Shown piece after piece: positions 20,204 to 28,700 of a stretch of DNA of 64,000 bases. The DNA comes from a virus (Duplodnaviria; Caudoviricetes). Position 1 is the stretch's first letter, and each line of letters starts with the position of its first letter. The stretch lies in IMG/VR virus record IMGVR_UViG_2903109678_000002, positions 10,656 to 74,655 of that record. The stretch is one strand, 5' to 3'. The notes under the pieces were generated by a model. The model was not told the DNA's origin, did not search any database, and worked only from the letters and a program-made list of their open reading frames with translations. Made by a program: the position numbers and the translations under genes.

Positions 20204-20421
20204 TTTTAGAAAAAGATCAGCCACCACGCCTACTGCTGTTCAACGTGAGAGTGATCAAGGGGACAGGAAGAGCATGTTTGAGGCGCATTCTGAAGATTGA
20301 ACAAACTGCTCTTTATAACCGCAATATTGATGCGGTTTAAGTGGTTGGTGGCCAGAAGCCAGGCAAATGATATCAGGAAAGGATATCAGGAAAGGATATT
20401 GAGAAAGGAGGTGTAGAAACG

Positions 20422-20442
20422 AAAAAACCGCCCTTAGGCGGT
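20422..20442 (-). terminator. Intrinsic terminator downstream of the tRNA 3' end
   Basis: ACCGCC-TAAG-GGCGGT followed by TTTTT on the minus strand. Confidence 0.8.
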
Positions 20443-20487
20443 CACGACATTACTACATATTGCTTTGATTTTATTCAGCTTTTACAT

Positions 20488-20543
20488 TGGTGCCCGGGGC
20501 GGGACTTGAACCCGCACAGCCATAAGCCGAGGGATTTTAAATC
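20488..20543 (-). pseudogene. leuZ: 3' half of tRNA-Leu(TAA), prophage attachment site
   Basis: Minus strand GATTTAAAATCCCTCGGCTTATGGCTGTGCGGGTTCAAGTCCCGCCCCGGGCACCA: anticodon loop, long variable arm, T-arm and CCA. D-arm and 5' acceptor strand are absent. Confidence 0.88.
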
Positions 20544-20838
20544 GCTATCTTTTGCCTTTCATTTCAATGGATTACTTAGCTTCTTCATAATATGACGCAT
20601 AAGTAGCATCCTGATAAAACAATGAGTTAGAGATACGGATTGTTCCTTATTATGAAGGCTTTTTCCATACATTCGCAGGATAAGCAAGCCGCACGTAGTA
20701 TCTGGAAAGCTCCACGCAGATGCCCTATTGCTAATAACCAATAATTTAATTAGATATTAAAAAATAATGCCATTTTATATTTAAATAAAACTATCGGATA
20801 TTAGTTATATTGATTCATTTAATTCTTTCTCTTAAAAC

Positions 20839-20930
20839 TTAAATCGGCCCTTATGCTTCCCCAAGGTTAAAATCTCACAAACAATCTTCCCCAGCACAAA
20901 CACCTCTTCCAGTAACCCAGCTTCTATAGC
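20839..20930 (-). pseudogene. Degenerate copy of the 3' end of the umuD-like gene (21711-21803)
   Basis: Translates AIEAGLLEEVFVLGKIVCEILTL versus AIEGEALEEVVVLGKIVCEILTL; small deletion near the end, no 5' part. Confidence 0.8.
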
Positions 20931-21159
20931 GGGTTTCAGTTTAAGTACCTAGACTGGATGAGTATCACTTTCGACTCAAAAAAATGCACCCGGTGGTTCA
21001 TTCTCTTCTATAGTTAACTCAGCTGTAGGTGTTGCTTATCCCCTTGGTGATGTTTCATGTTACTGCCCGGCTGTCTCCGGGCATTTTTTTTCGAAAAATC
21101 ACATCCCGGCTGTTCAAAAAAAACTAGTCGTGCCTAGGCACGCAACCGAGGTATTACTA

Positions 21160-21336
21160 ATGACTACAAGACGTGGTGGAAAAGGCAATTTTGCTGAGGA
21201 TACTGATAGAGCAAGAGAGGCTGGCAGGAAAGGTGGCGCTATGAGTAGCGGTAACTTTAAAAATGATCCTGCACGCGCAGCAGAAGCAGGCCGCAAGGGT
21301 GGAAAAAAGAAGAAACCAGAGCCTACATCAGACTAG
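21160..21336 (+). CDS. KGG-repeat general stress protein (YciG/YmdF/Con-10 family)
   Basis: RGGKGNFAEDTDRAREAGRKGG..SSGNFKNDPARAAEAGRKGG; GAGG RBS before ATG at 21160. Confidence 0.9.
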   Translation: MTTRRGGKGNFAEDTDRAREAGRKGGAMSSGNFKNDPARAAEAGRKGGKKKKPEPTSD

Positions 21337-21380
21337 CCACTAAGCCCGGTTCTATCCGGGCATTAGCTGTAAGTCACGAT

Positions 21381-21596
21381 CTAATTGTTGGCAATCTTAC
21401 ATGCTTTACGCATGATTTTTGCGGCGTCTAAGGTAAATGCTTTCACCTGCAAATCTTTCGATTCAGCGGCCATCCTTTCAAGTTCATAGAGAATATTTTC
21501 ATTGTTGACATGTACGCCTCTACCAGCAAGCTTTAAGACTGCTGACCCTATAGCACGCCCAATCATTTTCGTACGATATGCTCGAACTTCCTTCAT
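21381..21596 (-). CDS. Small hypothetical protein (possibly Ymg/DUF2767-like)
   Basis: 71 aa, amphipathic helices, IGRAIGSAVLKL...VNNENIL; converges on the KGG gene across a GCCCGG/CCGGGC hairpin. Confidence 0.55.
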   Translation of the reverse strand: MKEVRAYRTKMIGRAIGSAVLKLAGRGVHVNNENILYELERMAAESKDLQVKAFTLDAAKIMRKACKIANN

Positions 21597-21710
21597 TTTT
21601 AAGCTTATTTCGTCATGCTGAATCGTTACACTAAACGTTTTGAGTAATTATTCAACATAAATAATTATATATTGTGCCCTAAGGCTTTTATTTATGCTCA
21701 GAAGCCGGAT

Positions 21711-22031
21711 TCAAACTGGCCCCTCGTTCTGCTCCAAAGTCAGAATCTCACAAACAATTTTCCCCAGCACAACCACCTCTTCCAGAGCCTCGCCTTCTAT
21801 AGCTTCACCGTCTTCAGTGACTAGGCTCTTTGGGTAGTATTTGCCGATCATTGGGTAGCCCAAATGCTGGAACGCCACCCGATCACCGACTTCGATTCGG
21901 GCAACACAATCAGCCAGGACGAACCCGGTTGATGTGTCGATGCGAAATGTTGCATCTGGGTGCGGCATGCAGATTTTGTTCAGGTCGATTCGTGATTCAA
22001 TGTAGTCACTGGCCGGACTTGGGAATCCCAT
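21711..22031 (-). CDS. UmuD-like protein (N-terminal GFPSPA motif, no visible S24 catalytic motif)
   Basis: MGFPSPASDYIESRIDLN...HPDATF. Confidence 0.75.
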   Translation of the reverse strand: MGFPSPASDYIESRIDLNKICMPHPDATFRIDTSTGFVLADCVARIEVGDRVAFQHLGYPMIGKYYPKSLVTEDGEAIEGEALEEVVVLGKIVCEILTLEQNEGPV

Positions 22032-22034
22032 GTA

Positions 22035-22274
22035 TCACCTCACGTAGCCCATGTTACCCAACAGGAAAACGCGGTTGCCCTTCCCATCATCTGACTTTTC
22101 AACAAAGCAGGTCTGGTAGTACTCAATCCACCTGTTAGCCTCCTGCCGCGTCCAGATATGGTTCAGCTTCGCCAGTTCCCTGACGAAGTCGTTAGTTGAT
22201 ACCAGGCGATGCCCTTTTGGATCGAGTGATATGGCGTTGTTGAACGCTGCGGGTATGTCAGAACGGCGCGGCAT
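22035..22274 (-). CDS. SOS-regulated small phage protein upstream of the umuD-like gene
   Basis: MPRRSDIPAAF...VSTNDFVREL...WTRQEANRWI; GAGGGG RBS; start reassigned to 22274. Confidence 0.75.
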   Translation of the reverse strand: MPRRSDIPAAFNNAISLDPKGHRLVSTNDFVRELAKLNHIWTRQEANRWIEYYQTCFVEKSDDGKGNRVFLLGNMGYVR

Positions 22275-22292
22275 GGTTTCCCCTCGAACAAT

Positions 22293-22312
22293 TACTGTAT
22301 ATATAAACAGTA
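22293..22312. promoter_or_regulatory. LexA (SOS) box
   Basis: TACTGTATATATAAACAGTA, near-perfect CTG-N10-CAG. Confidence 0.9.
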
Positions 22313-22390
22313 TAATCACGACAAGGCAAAAGCGGCAACTGATCATTTACCTATCAATCGCCGCCTCTGAAGTGCTCTTGATGCTGTTGG

Positions 22391-24400
22391 TTAGATTTCT
22401 GGTTGGTCGTTTAGGTCGGTGTCAGTAGATGCTGGTTCAGATGGTAATTCATCTGATTGCTGTGAAGTTTGTTCCGCTGCGGCCTGCGCTTCAGCAAGCG
22501 CTTCTGCTTCGGCTGCTGCAATTGCTGCTTGCTCTGCTTCCTCCTGCGCTTTCTGTTGAGCCGCAAGGTATTCACGCAGTTCAACAGTGGCCTGAGCCGC
22601 TTTCTGATTGAAAACAGAATCGCCAGGCATCGCAACACGCACATCAATCCATCGACCGTCCGGGACATCAACGGGATCGCCTGCAACAATCATAGCGCTA
22701 TCAACATCAAATTTGCGCTTCGCCACGTTGAGGATCACTACTCCTTCCTGGTACGAAAGTGACGCATAGCAAAGCCTGTTACCATTTTCATCCTGCGGGA
22801 TTTCCAGCGTCCAGCCATCAGGATAGAGACCCGCAGTACCGGCAATGTGGTAAAGCCCTACATCCACACACTCGACGGTAACGCCTTCGGCCTCATCATT
22901 CACAGCAGCATAATCGGTCTGGGTGAAGTTACCTTCAGTAAAGCCTGCTGGCATTTTGCTGACATTGCTTGTCACGCGCACAATAGGGGAGGCTTTCTTG
23001 ATGAACCCATTACCATCAACCGTGGTGTTCTTTTGTGACCAAATCACATAGGAGTTAGCACCATTACTCCAGCCGCCAATTTTTAGCTGGTTGTCAGCAT
23101 CAATACCAAACAGCGTTGCATATGCCCCGTCGCGGATGAATACCATTGCTGCGGAAGCGCTGCTGTTAGCGCCATTAGAAACTCGGAAGCCGGGAGCATT
23201 CGTACCATTAGTCACATTTGCCATCGGGGGGGTAATGTTACTCGCAAAAGTCAGTGCAGCTATTGTGTTATTAGAGTTGACCTGACTCCCTGCAACAATA
23301 GGAGCGCCAGCTACTGGATCCGCACCAGATGGATTAACATTTAAGGTTGCTGCGTTCCCAAGGCCTAACCCGGTTCTTGCGGTTGCCTGGGTGGTGCCAC
23401 CAGTGCCACCGTTGGCTATTGGTACAGTGGTTTTAGTTGAGAGAAGTTCAACCCATGCAACGAATGTTCCTCCAGAGCATAATCTTATAAACTTTCGGTT
23501 ACCAGTAGCCGCAGATGCTGTATCAGTATGATATTCTTGAATGAAGCTTGTTTTACTTCCAATACTGCGTCTCTTAACCTCTAGAACTCCAGAACTTGTT
23601 ATCGGTAAGTCTGTTACTGCATCAGATAAGAAATATCTACCAGGTAAATTTATATCATTTGCACTGCCGCTGATTACCTGAGTGTAAACTGTTCCAGCTC
23701 CGGCAGGTATCCATTCAGACCATGATGGAGTTGTTGCCGACCAGTTTGCAGATAGAGTTCTGGTATATATATTTCCATATCTTGTGGTATATCTCTGCGC
23801 ACAGCTAAAAGCTCCACCAATAAATACTTCCAAGACACCAGAAACCGGTTCAGGCAAATTAAGTAAATTATATTGAGCGGCTGAACTGAAATTCCAAATC
23901 CCAGAGTATCCAGCTTGCTGAGACATCATATTAACGTCAGTAACTTCACTGCCTGTAGTGCCCCTCTGAAGTATGGCACCACTCAAAGCTGCCATATCTG
24001 AAGTCAGCTTAGCGAAGCTACTGATGGTCACGTTGGTTCCATCCGGTGCAGTCAAAGTAATGCTTCCGCTGCCGGTCATTATCTGTTGCCAGCCATCCAT
24101 CTGAGTCTGGTAGTAGCTCAGCTGTGCGGCCAGACGGCGAGCAAAATCTGGCACAGAATCGGTGTAGAATGACATGATCGAGTAAGCTTGCCCCGCTGCG
24201 AGCGTACCCGGTGAAGTCATCAGCGTGATTTTAGTCGCGCTGTCCACACTCTTAATTTCATACATCTTAACCGTACCGGAGCCTGGGATAAGAAGCGCCT
24301 GACCGGGGCCAATAGCAAATTTATTATCCAGCCAGTTGGTGCCTGTTCCGGTTACGGTCGTGCCTGATACGGCGATTGTTCCGGTGTTATACCATGCCAT
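22391..24400 (-). CDS. Side tail fibre protein
   Basis: MAWYNTGTIAVSGTTVTGTGTNW N-terminus, knob-like repeats, ARTGLGLGNAAT, C-terminal NTTVDGNGFIKKASPI...GRWIDVRV module. Confidence 0.88.
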   Translation of the reverse strand: MAWYNTGTIAVSGTTVTGTGTNWLDNKFAIGPGQALLIPGSGTVKMYEIKSVDSATKITLMTSPGTLAAGQAYSIMSFYTDSVPDFARRLAAQLSYYQTQMDGWQQIMTGSGSITLTAPDGTNVTISSFAKLTSDMAALSGAILQRGTTGSEVTDVNMMSQQAGYSGIWNFSSAAQYNLLNLPEPVSGVLEVFIGGAFSCAQRYTTRYGNIYTRTLSANWSATTPSWSEWIPAGAGTVYTQVISGSANDINLPGRYFLSDAVTDLPITSSGVLEVKRRSIGSKTSFIQEYHTDTASAATGNRKFIRLCSGGTFVAWVELLSTKTTVPIANGGTGGTTQATARTGLGLGNAATLNVNPSGADPVAGAPIVAGSQVNSNNTIAALTFASNITPPMANVTNGTNAPGFRVSNGANSSASAAMVFIRDGAYATLFGIDADNQLKIGGWSNGANSYVIWSQKNTTVDGNGFIKKASPIVRVTSNVSKMPAGFTEGNFTQTDYAAVNDEAEGVTVECVDVGLYHIAGTAGLYPDGWTLEIPQDENGNRLCYASLSYQEGVVILNVAKRKFDVDSAMIVAGDPVDVPDGRWIDVRVAMPGDSVFNQKAAQATVELREYLAAQQKAQEEAEQAAIAAAEAEALAEAQAAAEQTSQQSDELPSEPASTDTDLNDQPEI

Positions 24401-24418
24401 TTACTTTTCTCCGGGCAA

Positions 24419-24441
24419 TAAAAAACCCGCCGTAGCGGGTC
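24419..24441 (-). terminator. Intrinsic terminator after the TonB-C gene
   Basis: ACCCGC-TACG-GCGGGT followed by a T-tract on the minus strand. Confidence 0.8.
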
Positions 24442-24453
24442 TCTGTTTATTCG

Positions 24454-24750
24454 TTAGCTTCTTTCGAAACTGATTTTAATCCTGATATCTTTCTCCGGAC
24501 GTCCTTTAGGGAATCGCCATTTATAAATCTGGTCCCTTACCGCATCGTCAAAAAGATATGCTGGTGTACTGCTTATAACCCTGACGTTCTCAGCCTTTCC
24601 GGTATCACCAATGTCATACATGACATCAACGCTGCCTGACTGACCTAGATACCACGCTCTTTCTGGATAGCTAACCTTGTTTTCATTTGCACCAGCAGAT
24701 GAGAAAGAAAGCATTAAAAAAACCAGAAATAATTTTGGTAAGTTATTCAT
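24454..24750 (-). CDS. Secreted stand-alone TonB C-terminal domain protein (moron)
   Basis: AGGAGG RBS; Sec-type signal MNNLPKLFLVFLMLSFSSAGA; then YPERA..LGQSGSVDVMYDI..TGKAENVRVISSTP..LFDDAV..QIYKWRF...ISF (TonB_C signature); no proline-rich linker. Confidence 0.85.
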   Translation of the reverse strand: MNNLPKLFLVFLMLSFSSAGANENKVSYPERAWYLGQSGSVDVMYDIGDTGKAENVRVISSTPAYLFDDAVRDQIYKWRFPKGRPEKDIRIKISFERS

Positions 24751-24846
24751 GACGCCTCCTGTGTTATTCACACAATGAGAACACAGATTCACTTACTCAT
24801 GATTGAATTTATTCGATCTTAATGATCGAGTTTGCTTATTATTAAA

Positions 24847-25521
24847 TTAGTAACCTAATGATTGAATGTAATACTGATCATAGATGGCGGTTCTAATAGC
24901 AATTATCCCTCGACTCTGGTCAGGGTAAACTAGCCCTCCTGTATTAAGACCATCCCACCACGTTCCTTGTGATACACCTGTTGGACTACCTGCCCATGAG
25001 AGAAGAATAAACTGCTGGCTCCCACCGCTACCTGGCACACCCGGCCCAGCGACAGCAGAGTGAAACCCCGGCATAACTGCCATTGGCACACCCTGCGTGT
25101 TCGCTCCTGTCGTCCATGGTACATACTCGCAGGTGAGCGGAAGGCAATTCCCCGCATAGACCATAACCCCACCACGCCAAAAAGACAGGCCAAATGGGGG
25201 GTTATAAGCCACGTAGCCACCGAAGATATAGAACCTGACTGCAAATGCATTTCCGCCATTACCTTGCGCGTAATCAATCTTGAGCTGCTTATACCCATTA
25301 GCGCCAGCAACAATCTGCATCATCATTCCACCAGTGGTGCTGATATAGCGCCAGAAGACAGATGAACTTTGAAAGTTAGGTACGGTGGTTTGAATATAAA
25401 TCGTCGACTTGACGCTGCCGGGTATTGTGTAGTCAATTACTTGTACAAGATTAAACGGTGTAAAATCAGGAGAAGCAAAAAATTTACCATCACTTCTCCT
25501 TATCGTCATACCATAAGCCAT
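24847..25521 (-). CDS. Tail-tip accessory protein downstream of gpJ
   Basis: MAYGMTI.. beta-rich 224 aa; position as in N15/HK022/T1-type tails. Confidence 0.65.
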   Translation of the reverse strand: MAYGMTIRRSDGKFFASPDFTPFNLVQVIDYTIPGSVKSTIYIQTTVPNFQSSSVFWRYISTTGGMMMQIVAGANGYKQLKIDYAQGNGGNAFAVRFYIFGGYVAYNPPFGLSFWRGGVMVYAGNCLPLTCEYVPWTTGANTQGVPMAVMPGFHSAVAGPGVPGSGGSQQFILLSWAGSPTGVSQGTWWDGLNTGGLVYPDQSRGIIAIRTAIYDQYYIQSLGY

Positions 25522-25523
25522 GC

Positions 25524-25790
25524 TTACCCCGCCCAGACAATGATTTTATAAGCCGTAGATGTCCCCGACCATGAAACAGTTGTGCCACTCACCGTTATGG
25601 TTGGCTCTTTTGTTCCCGAATAGGTTGGGGTATCCATGAAAGCCTGAGCAGTCAACGCCGTACCGGGTGGAACATTATACGACCTTGAACCACTTGCTAT
25701 ATTCTCAATGATATCCATCACATAAGAAGGTGACATTGAATTAACGACATCAAAAGACGTGCCTTTGATATAGAGAAAAGCGCCAAACAT
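25524..25790 (-). CDS. Small tail-tip accessory protein
   Basis: 88 aa, overlaps gpJ stop, PTITVSGTTVSW motif. Confidence 0.65.
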   Translation of the reverse strand: MFGAFLYIKGTSFDVVNSMSPSYVMDIIENIASGSRSYNVPPGTALTAQAFMDTPTYSGTKEPTITVSGTTVSWSGTSTAYKIIVWAG

Positions 25791-28700
25791 TATTGTTGCC
25801 CCAGAATAAACACAACGTTGCCGCTTGCGTCATAGCCAACTAAACGGTTATTTGACCAGGTCATTCTCCCCTGCCCTGCCACATAGCCATTGTTTTCAAA
25901 TACACCTGTTTTGAAATTAATAGACAATCCTGTCATACCGGAAACAAAGTTATCTGACTGGAGCGTATCCGTTATTTTACCCCTGCCGATTGTTGCATCG
26001 CCGATAAAAGCAGTGTCCATAATGGCCTGCCCGTTTTGCAGGGCGAAGAAGGCTTTTGGTGTGGTGCCAACCTGCGACATGATCACGAACCGGTCCGCCA
26101 GGAATGCCACTGTAGATTGCATCCCGTTAGGGCCGTTCTCCATGCCAATCCCCATACCTGCCGCATAAAGCACGCCGTTCTGGTCAACCTGCACCTTTAC
26201 GTTGTACTGCGCTGATACCTTGCCATCTACCGCGCTAATAGCTGAGGCGTTTTGCTGAATAGACGCGGTGAAGGTGTTGAGCTGCGCTGTAGTCGTCTGC
26301 TGGAACTGAGCAAAAGCCTGACTTGAATCAGACTGAGCCTGTTCCAGCGTGGACACACGGGCGCTGTTGTTATCGAACTGAACGGTAATCTCGCGCTGGT
26401 ATGAAGCAAACGCCTGATTCGCATCAGCCTGAGCCTTCTCAGCTTGCGTCACCCGCGCACGAATTACACCTGCTGCTGCACGCTGATTTTGTGCATCCTT
26501 ATCATTTGCGAGAGCGTTCTCAATGTCCGCCATCGCCGAAGCATCAAAGTATGCCTCAGTGCTTTGCGTCAGCGTTGCCAGAGCCTGATCGGTCGTGGTC
26601 TGCGCTGTCTGCAACAAACCGATAGACGCAGTATTCCCATCCGTGCTGGTTTTAACGCTATCGATACGCGTACCCAGCGCGGTATCGGCATTAGCTCGGG
26701 CCGTCTGCTCAGTGGTGATCGCAGTGGCGTTGCTCGCAACAGACGCATCCAGGCTGTTTAAGCGGGTTGTAGTTGCTGACTGGTTATCAGTGACCGCTTT
26801 CTCTACCGTGGTCAGGCGTGACGTGTTGTTATCCGTCGTCGCTTTAACATCAGTGATCCGCTGCCCCAGCGCTGTATCTGCATTTGCCCGCGCCGTCTGC
26901 TCAGTAGTGATCGCTGTGGCGTTGCTACCAGCAGATGCCTCTACCGTGTCTATGCGTTTGCCTAACGCCGTATCGGCGTTTGCTCTGGCTGTCTGTTCAG
27001 TAGTGATCGCCGAAGTGTTAGAGCTAGTCGAAGCAGATACAGTATCAATGCGTTTGCCCAAAGCGGTATCGCCATCTGCACGTGCAGTCTGTTCAGTAGC
27101 AATAGCCGATGCATTGTTACCAACAGAGGCGTCCAGGCTATCCAACCGCTTCACAGTCGCCGACTGGTTATCGGTGACAGCTTTTTCCACAGTCGTTAGC
27201 CTGGCCGTGTTGCTGTCTGTGGTAGTTTTCACATCGGTAATTCGCTGACCAAGTGCTGTATCTGCATTTGCCCGAGCCGTCTGCTCAGTGGTGATCGCAG
27301 TGGCGTTCGCGCCAGTCGATGCCGTTACAGTGTCGATACGCTTAGCCAGGGCTGAATCAGCATCCGTCCGCGCCGTGATTTCAGTATTGATGCTTGCGGC
27401 ATTAGAATCGGTCTTTGCTGACACTGCCATGACCATTTCGGTCAGGCCTTGATCAGCATCAGCCCGTGCTTTTGCTTCTGAAACGATACTGGCAGCATTA
27501 CCAGCAGCCGTGGCTGTCACTGCATCAACCCTTGATGACAGCGCATCATCAGCGCTGGCACGCGCCCCCTGCTCTGACAGAACCTGCGCACTAACATCAG
27601 CAATGTCACTGCCAGTGCTATCGAAACGAGCCTCAACACTCTGGCGATAAACTGCAAACGCCTCCCGATCATCAGCCTGAGCCTGCTCGCTTTGCGTGAT
27701 ACGCGCTGAGAGCTTGCCGGATGTTTCCCGCTGCTGCTGCGCGTTCTTATCCGTGCTGAGCGCATTTTCGATATCTGCCGCCGCGCCAGCATCAAACTTA
27801 GCGCTGGTGACGCGGGAAAACTCTGCCAGAGAGTTATCCGTTGTCGTTTGCGCGTTTTGCAGGGCGGTGATCGCCGCGCTGTTATTGCCGGTTTGGGTTG
27901 TGATGGTGTCAATTCGAGTGCCTAACGCACTGTCTGCATTCGCTCTGGCTGTCTGCTCGGTGGCTATTGCGGTAGCGTTTCCATCAGATTTAGCCACAAC
28001 TGCATCCAGTCGGGTCGACATGGATTGATCATTAGCCTGTAACGTCTCGACTTGCGAAACCACCGTGGCGATACTCTGGCTGCTACCTCCAGTGATGGTA
28101 TTGATCTTTTGCTGAATATCATTGTTGACGTTGGTTACGCGTGTATTCACGTCACTGATGTTATTGTTGATGCCAGTAAGGGAGGTGTTAACCTGCTCCC
28201 TCGCCAGATCAAGATCATCACGGGCTGCTTTGATATCCGTTTTGTTCTGTTGGATGTCAATTTTCGCGCTAGATAAATCATCACGTGCAGCTTTGATATC
28301 AGTCTTATTCTGCTGGATATCGGTTTTCGCAGTAGATAAATCATCACGCGCTGATTTGATATCTGCCTGAGCCTGATCAACCGCAGAATCCAGGCCGCTA
28401 ACATCAGATTCAACAGAGGTGATGCGCTCAACCAGCGCTTTACCGGTTTCCGAGTTCATCACCGCTTCAGTGATATCGTTTAGCAACGCGCCAGTATCTG
28501 TACTGGTCACACCCTGAACCCATCCAGTCCAGTCACCGGCATTACCAATACGGTCAACCAGTCGTGCGCGATACCAGCGGCGCACACCAGCAGCCATTGG
28601 CCCGTGTTGATAGCTGGTCGAAGGATACGCAACCGAAACAAGAAGCTGTGGGTTTTGCCCGTCTGCCGTTGTCGCTTGCTGAATCTCCGTTGTAGAGGTG

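Noticed and set aside
20369-20407. 13-bp tandem repeat GATATCAGGAAAG (two perfect copies, one degenerate)
   Set aside because: Short slippage duplication downstream of the tRNA terminator with no evidence of function.
20488-20543. Intact tRNA-Leu gene
   Set aside because: The 5' half is missing; similarity stops in the anticodon stem, so it is an att remnant.
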